From Candidatus Spongiisociaceae bacterium (GTDB taxonomy: Bacteria; Actinomycetota; Acidimicrobiia; Spongiisociales; Spongiisociaceae): a stretch of 64,000 nt of DNA. Positions 48,961 to 58,141 of the stretch are shown one piece after another (the first letter of the stretch is position 1; each line of letters begins with the position of its first letter). Below the pieces are notes generated by a model that did no database searches, was not told the origin of the DNA, and saw only the letters and a list, made by a program, of their open reading frames with translations. A program made the position numbers and the translations under genes. The stretch covers positions 2,560,001 through 2,624,000 of the forward strand of contig OZ241841.1 of NCBI GenBank assembly GCA_965202665.1. The letters are read 5' to 3'.

Positions 48961-51900
48961 ATGGCCATCGCCAATCATGAACGTTTGCAAACCTGCCTGG
49001 TGCTCCTGCGGGACGGCCTCCGTCCCTACTGTGAGCGCACTTGGGATGGGTTCTACGGGGAAAAATGGCTGTCGGTCGTCAACGACAAGCTGAGGCATCC
49101 CGATACCAGCCCCTCCCCGGAGGATCTGTCGTTCCTGCTGAAAGGCATCAATGCCACTTGGCACGATGTGTGGAAGCATCATTTCGGCCAGGGCGAGCGC
49201 AACTGGATTTCGGAGCTGACCAGGGTTCGCAACGACCATGCCCACAACAAAACCTTTTCGGTGGACGACACCTATCGGGCTTTGGACACGATGGAACGGC
49301 TACTGGAAGCCTTCGGTGCCAGCGAACAGCAACAGAAGGTCAAGTCGCAACGCAACGACCTGATGCGACAACGTTATGAAGGACAGGCTAGGCAGGAACG
49401 TTTCAAGATCGCCCACACAGCAGGCACGCCTAAGGAGGGGTTGACCCCCTGGCGGGAAATCATCCACCCTCACGATGATGTGGCCTCCGGCAGTTTTGAG
49501 CAAGCCGAATTCGCCGCCAACTTGCATGAAGTTTGGTCCGGTTCCGCCTCCGAAGAATATCAGGACGCGAAGGCCTTCTACCGTCGCACCTATCTGACGG
49601 AGGGATTGCGCGACTTGCTGACCGGAGCGGCACGTCGCCTGGCCGGGGCTGGGGGCGACCCGGTGGTGGAGTTGCAGACCAACTTCGGGGGCGGTAAAAC
49701 CCACAGCTTGATCGCCCTCTACCACCTGGCGGGGGAGGTCGCCCCGGCCGAGCTGGCAGGAGTGGGGGAAATGTTGGCTGATGAAGGCCTTGAACTGCCG
49801 GGGGGGATAAACCGGGCGGTGTTCGTCGGCCAGTGGGAGTCGCCCGCCGACCCTTCCGTCAAGCCGGACGGGACGACGGTCAACACCATCTGGGGGGAAA
49901 TCGCTTATCAGTTGGGCGGCGCCGACGGCTATGCAATGGTGGAGGCCGATGACCTGGCCGGAACCAATCCCGGCGGGGCGAAACTGCGGGAACTGCTCCG
50001 GCGATACGGACCGGCCATCATCCTCGTCGACGAATGGGTGGCCTACGCCCGCCAGCTGCCCCAGGATCAGCAACGGAAACAGGTGCCCGCCGGAGACTTC
50101 GACACGCAGTTTACGTTCGCGATGTCCCTCACCGAAGCGGCGGCCGCGGCGGACAATGTGGTGATTCTGATTGTTCTTCCCATATCGGATATTGAAATGG
50201 GCGGCGATATGGGCCGGGAAGCGTATGAAAGGTTGCGGCTCGTGGTCGGCCGCAACGCCGCCCATTGGCAACCCGCCACGCCCGATGAAAGCTTTGAAAT
50301 CGTCCGCCGTCGACTATTCGATCCGATCCCGAATGAAAACCACCGGGCCCGCGACCGGGTTTTGGAAGCCTTTTGGAAGTCCTACAAGGATTCCAACGAT
50401 TTTCCGTCCGAGACCAAAGAGAAAACTTATTTGGAGCGGATGCGCAAGTCCTATCCGATACATCCGGAACTGTTCGACCGGCTTTTCCAGGACTGGTCGG
50501 CTTTGGATAAGTTTCAGCGCACCAGGGGGGCGTTGCGGTTGATGGCGGAAGTCGTTTCCAACCTGTGGAAAAACCAAGACCGCAACCTGCTGATCATGCC
50601 CGGCACTTTGCCGATGGACTATGCGCCGTTGGTGGCCGAGCTGAAGAAATATTTGGAAGAAGGGTGGGATCCGGTCATCAAACGGGATGTGGACGGCCCC
50701 AACGCCCTGCCGGCCCGCATCGATTTGGATAATAAGCAACTGGGGGCGTATTCGGCGACTCGGCGGGTGGCCCGCACCATATACATGGGGTCGGCTCCCT
50801 TGCCTGACGCCAACCGGGGAGTGGATGTCAAGCGGGTGGTGCTGGGATGCGCCCAGCCGGGGGAGCAACCGGGCAAGTTCACGGACGCCCTCAAATATCT
50901 TTCTAACGAGGCCGCCCATTTATATGTGGACGGCTCCCAGTACTGGTATCAGTTGCAACCCAATGTGACCCGGGTGGCGGCGGAACGGGCCGAATCCGAT
51001 TTCGATATCTACGACGCCGATGAGGAGTTGCGGCGGCGCCTGTCGCAGTCAGCTGGCCATACCCGCCGGGACATTTTCCATTCGGTGTCCGTCTTCCCGG
51101 CCGGGCCGGGAGAAGTGGATGATTCGGATGACGGGGTCAGCCTGATTATCCTCCCGCCGGAAAAAGAACATGTTCGGGGCGCTGATAACAGTTCGGCGAT
51201 AGATGCGGCCCGGGAAATTTTGGAGCAACGTTCCGCCGGGCCGCGCCAGCACCGCAACCTGCTGGCGTTTCTGGCCGCCACCGGCAAGCGGGTGGAAGAG
51301 TTGCGTTCCGCCGCCCGGCTCTTTTTGGCTTGGCGCTCCATCGATTCTGACCGCGACTCCCTTAACCTGACCCCGCATCAGCAGAAGCAGGTGGACAGCA
51401 AACTGAAAGAGACCGATCAGACGGTGGACTCCCGCATCAACCTGGCTTTCGAGCACATCCTCACTCCCCGTCAGAAGGCGGGCACCTCCGAGATCGAATG
51501 GTTGGAAAGCAAAGTTGCCGTCGCTGGGAAAGGGTCGTTGCCGGAGCGGGCGGCGAACAAACTCATAGCGGAGGAGAAACTGATTGACTCGTACAGCGGA
51601 GTGCGGGTGCGGATGGATTTGGACGGAGCGTCGCACGCCGAAGTGCCGCTGTGGGGGGAGCGGGGCGACATAACGGTGGGGGAGTTGTGGGCGGCCTACG
51701 CCAACTTCCCCTACATGCCCCGGCTGGCCAATTTCAGCGTGCTGGCCACCGCCATCAGCAACGGAACCGCCAGCATGAGCTGGGAAACCGAAACTTTCGC
51801 CTACGCCGAAGCCCACGACGAAGAGTCTGAAAACTGGCGGGGAATAGTCCGAGGAGCCCAAGTGGACAACCCCGCCCGCAGCGGCGTACTGCTACGCCCC

Positions 51901-52227
51901 GATGTAGTCCCACCCCTGGCCCCCCCGCCGCCCCCACCCCCGCCAAACGGGAACGGCCCGGTCGGTCCCCCTCCGCCTCCGCCAAATGGGCCGGTCACCC
52001 CTGATACGAAACCCACCACTTTCTATGCCGTCTTCAACCTGGACCCGGTACGAGGCATCAGCCAACTAAGCGACATTATGGAAAACGTGTCCAGTCACTT
52101 AGACGGCAAAGTAACACTAACCTTGGAACTAAGAGCCGAAAACCCAAACGGCTTCGACGACCGCACCCGTCGCACAGTAGAAGAAAACACCCAACAACTA
52201 GGCTCTCCAGACTACGATTTCGAGTAA
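48961..52227 (+). CDS. DUF499 AAA+ ATPase with N-terminal Swt1-like HEPN domain
   Basis: HEPN 'RNDHAH'; Walker A 'LQTNFGGGKTHS'; Walker B 'ILVDEW'; 'YPIHPELFDRL', 'FQRTRGALRL'. Confidence 0.9.
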   Translation: MAIANHERLQTCLVLLRDGLRPYCERTWDGFYGEKWLSVVNDKLRHPDTSPSPEDLSFLLKGINATWHDVWKHHFGQGERNWISELTRVRNDHAHNKTFSVDDTYRALDTMERLLEAFGASEQQQKVKSQRNDLMRQRYEGQARQERFKIAHTAGTPKEGLTPWREIIHPHDDVASGSFEQAEFAANLHEVWSGSASEEYQDAKAFYRRTYLTEGLRDLLTGAARRLAGAGGDPVVELQTNFGGGKTHSLIALYHLAGEVAPAELAGVGEMLADEGLELPGGINRAVFVGQWESPADPSVKPDGTTVNTIWGEIAYQLGGADGYAMVEADDLAGTNPGGAKLRELLRRYGPAIILVDEWVAYARQLPQDQQRKQVPAGDFDTQFTFAMSLTEAAAAADNVVILIVLPISDIEMGGDMGREAYERLRLVVGRNAAHWQPATPDESFEIVRRRLFDPIPNENHRARDRVLEAFWKSYKDSNDFPSETKEKTYLERMRKSYPIHPELFDRLFQDWSALDKFQRTRGALRLMAEVVSNLWKNQDRNLLIMPGTLPMDYAPLVAELKKYLEEGWDPVIKRDVDGPNALPARIDLDNKQLGAYSATRRVARTIYMGSAPLPDANRGVDVKRVVLGCAQPGEQPGKFTDALKYLSNEAAHLYVDGSQYWYQLQPNVTRVAAERAESDFDIYDADEELRRRLSQSAGHTRRDIFHSVSVFPAGPGEVDDSDDGVSLIILPPEKEHVRGADNSSAIDAAREILEQRSAGPRQHRNLLAFLAATGKRVEELRSAARLFLAWRSIDSDRDSLNLTPHQQKQVDSKLKETDQTVDSRINLAFEHILTPRQKAGTSEIEWLESKVAVAGKGSLPERAANKLIAEEKLIDSYSGVRVRMDLDGASHAEVPLWGERGDITVGELWAAYANFPYMPRLANFSVLATAISNGTASMSWETETFAYAEAHDEESENWRGIVRGAQVDNPARSGVLLRPDVVPPLAPPPPPPPPNGNGPVGPPPPPPNGPVTPDTKPTTFYAVFNLDPVRGISQLSDIMENVSSHLDGKVTLTLELRAENPNGFDDRTRRTVEENTQQLGSPDYDFE

Positions 52228-52232
52228 CCTCT

Positions 52233-52943
52233 TTATTTGGAAGTATCTTTGCTATGACAGGTTTGTTTTCTATAATGGCAGTAGTCTTTTAAGAGAGAAT
52301 GGCCGATGCTAGTAACATCACGGAAACGTTGGGTCGCCTCTTCTTTGCTGGAATAGCCTGGATGGGATCCGTTGGTATTGAATTCACTAACCTTTTTACG
52401 TAGCCATTCCGTATCTACTTTAGATATTAGACCAATATTATGTAACAAACTTATGGCACTTTTTATACTTTTGGCCTTCCGGCTCTTGACGCGCATATAA
52501 ATTGTCTCCAATAATGACTGCAGAAAAGCACGTAGCATCGCATTACAAGCTTCATAATGACCGCATTCTAGGCAAGAGAGTGCTTCATTGTAGAAATGGA
52601 GTTCTTGGTCCAAATTTGCAGTTTCAAGATACTTGATCAGCAAGCCTGAGCTTTCCCAGTACGGATTTGCGTTCAGGTATTGTTGCATTGCCCTGCGCGC
52701 ATTTGCATGTGTAGGGTTGTCCCATAAGCGGGTAGGTGTTGGCGCCATCCGAGATCGTAGCTCTTCCGCTCTGCTGGATATCTCATGTAACCCTCGCGCA
52801 CCCCCAACCGAGTCCAGCAAATCTTGAGAATTACGAAGGATCGTTAGGTTTCTCGAAAAGTCGCCTTCAAGAAAGAATGGCATTGACATGGTCCTTACCT
52901 CCTTAGGTAATCTGTCCAGGTCGGTGATCTTATTCGTTTTCAT
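52233..52943 (-). CDS. Hypothetical protein with a HEPN/DUF4145-like C-terminal domain
   Basis: 'EALSCL..GHYEACNAMLR..L..LL' and 'N..SHPG' are HEPN-like; AT-rich; an alternative start at 52889 has an AAGGAGG RBS. Confidence 0.6.
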   Translation of the reverse strand: MKTNKITDLDRLPKEVRTMSMPFFLEGDFSRNLTILRNSQDLLDSVGGARGLHEISSRAEELRSRMAPTPTRLWDNPTHANARRAMQQYLNANPYWESSGLLIKYLETANLDQELHFYNEALSCLECGHYEACNAMLRAFLQSLLETIYMRVKSRKAKSIKSAISLLHNIGLISKVDTEWLRKKVSEFNTNGSHPGYSSKEEATQRFRDVTSIGHSLLKDYCHYRKQTCHSKDTSK

Positions 52944-53245
52944 CTAAGCACCGCCTGGCTGAGACGCCAGTTTAGGCAACCTCCTGGGATTTGTCAAGCA
53001 CCCCAGCAGTGGTCGTCCTATCTACGGCAGATAGGCTAGCAAAAACATACTCTGTGCTGGGCTTTTAGGCATCTTCCCCGGTGGGTTCAACTAACTTTGC
53101 AACCGTGTTACCCTCCTTATCCGGGAAGCCCAGGGTCGTGCGCCCCGGCTCCGGCGACCGCTCTTGGATGGGAGCGGGGGATAGTCGGGTCAGGGGGTGC
53201 GCCTGGCTGCTGGTCATGTAACCGAACAACTAGAAGGTATAACAA

Positions 53246-53917
53246 ATGACAACTACGTTGCTGTCGCTGATAATCATCTGGCTGGCTGTCTTGCCGGGCG
53301 TCCTGTTCATCTGGGCGTTTGAGATGTTGGCTGGGAGATGGACCACAGGGATACGAGGTGGGCTCTTGCGGTCCGTTGGCTACTCGGCCGTGTTTCACAT
53401 TCTATTTCTTCCTTTAACCTATCATTTGCGGGTTTCCTACTGGGATCGGATATGGGAAGGCATGTATGTCAGTCTTTGGGTTTGGCTATACATGTCCTTA
53501 TATGTGGTTGTACCTATTACGTTGGGATTACTAGCAGCAGGATGGGTTATCAGTAGCGCAACATCCGCTACCTCCAAAAAGTATCGGTGGGCGGGGTTAT
53601 TTGTTGGCAGATCTCCCGCCCCTCGTGCTTGGGATTTCCTTTTTGGCTGGCAACGGGTTGCTGGGTGGGTACGTTTGCGCACCAAAACCGGGCTGTATAT
53701 GGGCGGGTACTATGGAGAAGGATCTTATGTAGCGGGATATCCTGATATACAAGACATTTATCTTACAAGAGCAATAGAGATTGATCCTGATTCCGGTGAA
53801 TTTGGTATAGATTCCGAGGGGAAGCCACTGTCACTGCCTTCTGGTTTGCTTATTCGTTGGGATGAGGTAGAATATTTGGAGTTCACGCCGGATGAAAGGG
53901 AGGATGGTAATGATTAA
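53246..53917 (+). CDS. DUF6338-like membrane protein
   Basis: Three TM segments with 'LPG', then 'PRAWDFLF...WVRLR.K.G..MGG.YG..S......QDIYL' and 'LLIRWDEVEYLEF'. Confidence 0.75.
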   Translation: MTTTLLSLIIIWLAVLPGVLFIWAFEMLAGRWTTGIRGGLLRSVGYSAVFHILFLPLTYHLRVSYWDRIWEGMYVSLWVWLYMSLYVVVPITLGLLAAGWVISSATSATSKKYRWAGLFVGRSPAPRAWDFLFGWQRVAGWVRLRTKTGLYMGGYYGEGSYVAGYPDIQDIYLTRAIEIDPDSGEFGIDSEGKPLSLPSGLLIRWDEVEYLEFTPDEREDGND

Positions 53918-54110
53918 GAAAAGAAACCGGCGCCCTCGCTGGAAAAGAGGGTGGCGTTACATGGCCCCCGATGTACGGATAGAGGACGCGGGGCCTCCTC
54001 CTAAGGGGCCTATCATCGGCCGTCATAATCCAGTGAGGCGTGCTAAAATCCTTGGCGGAGCGGAAACCCCTCCCGACGCTGTGGCTACTCCGCCCAGTAG
54101 CGAAAACTAG
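53910..54110 (+). CDS. 66-aa Pro-rich peptide, copy 1
   Basis: GGAGG RBS; overlaps the DUF6338-like stop; paralogous to 54223-54423. Confidence 0.6.
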   Translation: MIKKRNRRPRWKRGWRYMAPDVRIEDAGPPPKGPIIGRHNPVRRAKILGGAETPPDAVATPPSSEN

Positions 54111-54222
54111 CATCCCAGCAGGGGCGGATCCCACATCCCGTAATTAAGATGGAGGTGGGATATTTGGAATCCCTGCCGAGCAGAAAGGAGCATGGTGGAT
54201 GTTTATGAGAAGGAGGCGACCT

Positions 54223-54423
54223 ATGAGGCATATGTGGGGTTATGCGACTGTATATGGGGGTTATATGGCAGCTGATGTGTCGCACACTGAGGTTGAGCCG
54301 CCACCGGCTGATTGGTTGGCCTCTATCAATCGGGGTGCCCGGCCTGAAAACCGCTGTTGCTGTAAAGCGAATTTTCATCCTGATGCCGATAGTGATAGGC
54401 TAAGTAGTGAAAACCAACCTTAA
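54223..54423 (+). CDS. 66-aa peptide, copy 2 (alternative start 54199)
   Basis: AAGGAGG RBS; shares YMAxDV, PPP, PDA and SSEN with copy 1. Confidence 0.6.
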   Translation: MRHMWGYATVYGGYMAADVSHTEVEPPPADWLASINRGARPENRCCCKANFHPDADSDRLSSENQP

Positions 54424-54524
54424 CTAACAGATTGGGGAATCTAGGGGAGGAAGTAAGCGGCGGGTGTTTGGTTGGCTATTATGGGGGATTGCGCAATTGC
54501 CTTTCTTGAAACGGAACCGGGGAG

Positions 54525-57347
54525 ATGACGGCTGACAACCTGGTGGTGCGGGGAGCCCGCGAACACAACCTGCAGAATATTTCGGTGGAACTGCCCCGCG
54601 ATCGGCTGATCGTGTTCACCGGCCTGTCCGGGTCGGGCAAGTCCAGCCTGGCCTTCGACACCATCTACGCCGAAGGGCAGCGACGCTATGTGGAAAGCCT
54701 GTCCGCCTACGCCCGCCAGTTCCTCGGGCAGATGGACAAACCGGATGTGGATTTCATCGAAGGCCTGTCCCCGGCCATCTCCATCGACCAGAAAACGGCC
54801 AGCCGCAACCCCCGTTCCACGGTGGGCACCGTCACCGAAGTGCACGACTACCTGCGCCTGCTCTACGCCCGAATCGGCAAACCGCACTGCCCGCAGTGTC
54901 GCCGGCCGGTCACCCGCCAGACCCCCCAGCAGATCGTGGACCGCATCTCCGAACTGGAAGAAGGAACCCGCTTTCAGGTGCTGGCCCCGGTGGTGCGGGG
55001 GAGGAAAGGCGAATACGAGGAACTGTTCAACGACCTGTCCAAACAGGGGTTCAGCCGGGTGCGGGTGGATGGGGAAATAATGGACTTGGGAGGAAAAATA
55101 CGCCTCGACCGTTACTTTACCCACAACATTGAAGTTGTAGTTGACCGTTTGGTCGCCAAAAAATCGGGGGTGCGCCGCCTCACCGACTCCCTGGAAACCG
55201 CCCTGTCCCTCACCGACGGCATCGCGGTGGTGGACGTGATAGACGGCCCGGAACTGACTTTCAGCCAGCATTTGGCCTGCGACCACTGCGGCCTGTCGTT
55301 CGACGAACTCGAACCGCGTTCTTTTTCTTTCAACAGCCCTTACGGGGCCTGTCAGACCTGCTCCGGCATCGGCACCAGATACGAAGTGGATCCGCAACTG
55401 GTCATCCCCGACGACGACCTCACCATCGAAGAAGGGGCGGTGGCCCCCTGGTCCGCCAACCGCAACCTCTACTTTCGCAACCTTTTGGACGGCCTGGCCG
55501 AAGAACTCGGTTTCCGGATGGACGTCCCGTTCAAAAAACTGGCTAAAAAGCACCGGGACGCCATCCTTTACGGCACCGGCGACCTGCGCATCCCGGTGAC
55601 GATGACCTCCCGCCGGGGGCGCCAACGCCACTACCGGGTGCGCCACGAAGGGGTGATACCGCTCATCCGCCGCCGCCACGAGCAGACCGAAAGCGAAGCC
55701 TCCCGCTTCTACCACCAGGAATACATGCGGGAAGTTCCCTGCCAGGACTGCGACGGGGCCCGCCTCAACCCGGTGTCGCTGGCGGTGACGGTGGGGGATA
55801 TGGACATTTTCCAACTGTGCTCCCGTTCCATCCGGGGAACCCTGGACGCTTTGGACAAACTGGAACTGAACGAACGGGACGCGGCCATCGCCGCCGCGGT
55901 GCTGAAAGAAATCAAAGCCCGGCTGGCTTTCCTGCTGGATGTGGGATTGGACTACCTAACCTTGTACCGGGGGGCGGCCACCCTCTCCGGCGGGGAGGCG
56001 CAGCGCATCCGCCTGGCCACCCAGATCGGCTCCGGCCTGGTCGGGGTGCTGTACGTGTTGGACGAACCGTCCATCGGCCTGCACCAGCGGGACAACCGGC
56101 GGCTGATAGAAACCCTGCTCCGGCTGCGGGATTTGGGCAACACCCTCATCGTGGTGGAACACGACGAAGAAACCATCCGCTCCGCCGACTGCATCGTGGA
56201 TTTGGGGCCGGGGGCGGGGGAGAACGGGGGGCGGGTGGTGGCCGAAGGCGCCCTGCGGGACATCATCGCCGAACCGGAGTCGTTGACCGGCGACTATCTG
56301 GCCGGGAGGCGCTCCATCCCCGCCCCGGAGCGGCGCCGGCCGGGGGACGGGCGGGAAGTGGAAGTGATCGGAGCCTCCGCAAACAACCTGCGCGACTTGG
56401 ACGTCGCCTTCCCGCTGGGGACGTTCACCGCCGTCACCGGGGTGTCCGGCAGCGGCAAATCCTCCCTGGTTTTGGAAATACTTTCCAAAGGCTTGGAGCA
56501 GCGCCTGTACCGCTCCCGGGCGGTGCCCGGCCATCACCGCCGCATCCTGGGGGCGGAGGCGGTGGACAAGGTGATCAACATCGACCAGTCGCCCATCGGG
56601 CGCACCCCCCGCTCCAACCCCGCCACGTACACCAAAGTGTTCGACCGCATCCGCTCCCTGTTCGCCTCCGTCCCCGAATCCCGGGTCCGGGGCTATAAAC
56701 CGGGGCGTTTCTCGTTCAACGTGGCCGGGGGCCGGTGCGAAGCCTGCCGGGGGGACGGCACCATCCGCATCGAAATGCATTTCCTGCCCGACGTGTACGT
56801 GCCCTGCGAAGCGTGCCAGGGGCGCCGTTACAACCGGGACACGCTGGATGTTTCGTGGAAAGGCCGCTCCATCGCCGATGTGCTGGGAATGCCGGTGGAG
56901 CAGGCCCTGGAATTTTTCGAAGCCCAGCCCCCGATCGCCCGCACCATGCAGACCCTGTGGGACGTGGGACTGGGCTACATCCGCCTGGGGCAGCCCGCCC
57001 CCACCCTGTCCGGAGGGGAGGCGCAACGGGTGAAATTGGCCTCCGAGTTGGGCAAACGGGCCACCGGCGACACCGTCTACATCTTGGACGAACCCACCAC
57101 CGGCCTCCACTTCGAGGATGTCAAAAAACTGCTGGCGGTGCTGCACCGGCTGGTGGACGGGGGCAACACGGTGGTCATCATCGAACACAACCTGGACGTG
57201 ATCAAATCCGCCGACTGGATCATCGACATGGGCCCGGAAGGGGGGGACGAAGGGGGGCGGATAGTGGCGGAAGGAACCCCCGAACAGGTGGCGGAAGTAC
57301 CCGACTCCTACACCGGCAAGTTCCTGCGGGAACTGCTCGTCCCCTGA
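54525..57347 (+). CDS. uvrA: Excinuclease ABC subunit A
   Basis: 'GAREHNL', two Walker A motifs 'GLSGSGKSS' and 'GVSGSGKSS', two LSGGEAQR signatures, zinc fingers. Confidence 0.98.
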   Translation: MTADNLVVRGAREHNLQNISVELPRDRLIVFTGLSGSGKSSLAFDTIYAEGQRRYVESLSAYARQFLGQMDKPDVDFIEGLSPAISIDQKTASRNPRSTVGTVTEVHDYLRLLYARIGKPHCPQCRRPVTRQTPQQIVDRISELEEGTRFQVLAPVVRGRKGEYEELFNDLSKQGFSRVRVDGEIMDLGGKIRLDRYFTHNIEVVVDRLVAKKSGVRRLTDSLETALSLTDGIAVVDVIDGPELTFSQHLACDHCGLSFDELEPRSFSFNSPYGACQTCSGIGTRYEVDPQLVIPDDDLTIEEGAVAPWSANRNLYFRNLLDGLAEELGFRMDVPFKKLAKKHRDAILYGTGDLRIPVTMTSRRGRQRHYRVRHEGVIPLIRRRHEQTESEASRFYHQEYMREVPCQDCDGARLNPVSLAVTVGDMDIFQLCSRSIRGTLDALDKLELNERDAAIAAAVLKEIKARLAFLLDVGLDYLTLYRGAATLSGGEAQRIRLATQIGSGLVGVLYVLDEPSIGLHQRDNRRLIETLLRLRDLGNTLIVVEHDEETIRSADCIVDLGPGAGENGGRVVAEGALRDIIAEPESLTGDYLAGRRSIPAPERRRPGDGREVEVIGASANNLRDLDVAFPLGTFTAVTGVSGSGKSSLVLEILSKGLEQRLYRSRAVPGHHRRILGAEAVDKVINIDQSPIGRTPRSNPATYTKVFDRIRSLFASVPESRVRGYKPGRFSFNVAGGRCEACRGDGTIRIEMHFLPDVYVPCEACQGRRYNRDTLDVSWKGRSIADVLGMPVEQALEFFEAQPPIARTMQTLWDVGLGYIRLGQPAPTLSGGEAQRVKLASELGKRATGDTVYILDEPTTGLHFEDVKKLLAVLHRLVDGGNTVVIIEHNLDVIKSADWIIDMGPEGGDEGGRIVAEGTPEQVAEVPDSYTGKFLRELLVP

Positions 57348-57373
57348 CCGGGGCGGCCCGCCGCGCTTCGCTG

Positions 57374-58141
57374 ATGGAACGGCCCCCGCCCCGGGAAACG
57401 GACGAATGGGCGGAGTTGGCCGACTGGTGGCTGGCCGAATCGGCCTCCGAAGCCTACGCCGAAGAGGTGATTCCGTTGCTGTGCGAGGCCCTGCCGGACG
57501 TCGCCGGGCAAAAATGGCTGGACGCCGGATGCGGGGAGGGGGCGGTGGCCGACCGGGCGGCGGAGCGGGGAGCTTGGGTGGCGGGGGCCGACCTCAACCC
57601 GCGGTTGGCGGGACGGGCCGCCCGCCGCCATCCGGCGGTGCGTTGCCGCCTGCCCGACCTGGGATGCCTGCGGGATCGGTCGTTGGACGGGGCGTACGCG
57701 GTTCTGGTGCTGGAGCACATAGCCGACCGGGGGCGGTTTTTCGCCGAGACGGCCCGGGTGGTGCGGCCGGGAGGGGCTTTGGCGGCGGTGATCAACCATC
57801 CGGTGTACACCGCGCCCGGTTCGGGGCCGGTGCTGGACCCCAACGACGGGGAGATTTTCTGGCGGTTCGGGGACTATCTGACTCCCGGGGAAACCACCGA
57901 ACCGGCCGGGGAGGGAAAAGTGACCTTCCACCATTGGCCGCTGGGGATGCTGTTGACCGCGGCCGCCGCCGCCGGGTGGTCGCTGGAGCGGGTTTGGGAA
58001 CGGGGGGTGGGGGAGGGGGCCGCCGTCCGGAATCCGATATTGTCCCTGCACGGCCAAATTCCGCATTTGATGGCCCTGCGTTGGCGCCGGGGCGGGGCGG
58101 TCGCCGTTTCAACCGGGGGAGAGGGTAGCCTGCGGGCATGA
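57374..58141 (+). CDS. Class I SAM-dependent methyltransferase
   Basis: 'WLDAGCGEG', 'LVLEHI', 'ARVVRPGG'. Confidence 0.85.
   Translation: MERPPPRETDEWAELADWWLAESASEAYAEEVIPLLCEALPDVAGQKWLDAGCGEGAVADRAAERGAWVAGADLNPRLAGRAARRHPAVRCRLPDLGCLRDRSLDGAYAVLVLEHIADRGRFFAETARVVRPGGALAAVINHPVYTAPGSGPVLDPNDGEIFWRFGDYLTPGETTEPAGEGKVTFHHWPLGMLLTAAAAAGWSLERVWERGVGEGAAVRNPILSLHGQIPHLMALRWRRGGAVAVSTGGEGSLRA

Larger units (their letters stand above)
39364..54500. other. Accessory/defence-type island between uvrB and uvrA (boundaries approximate)
   Basis: Contains a restriction-like system, a HEPN-like gene and unknown ORFs with variable GC; no integrase seen. Confidence 0.75.
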
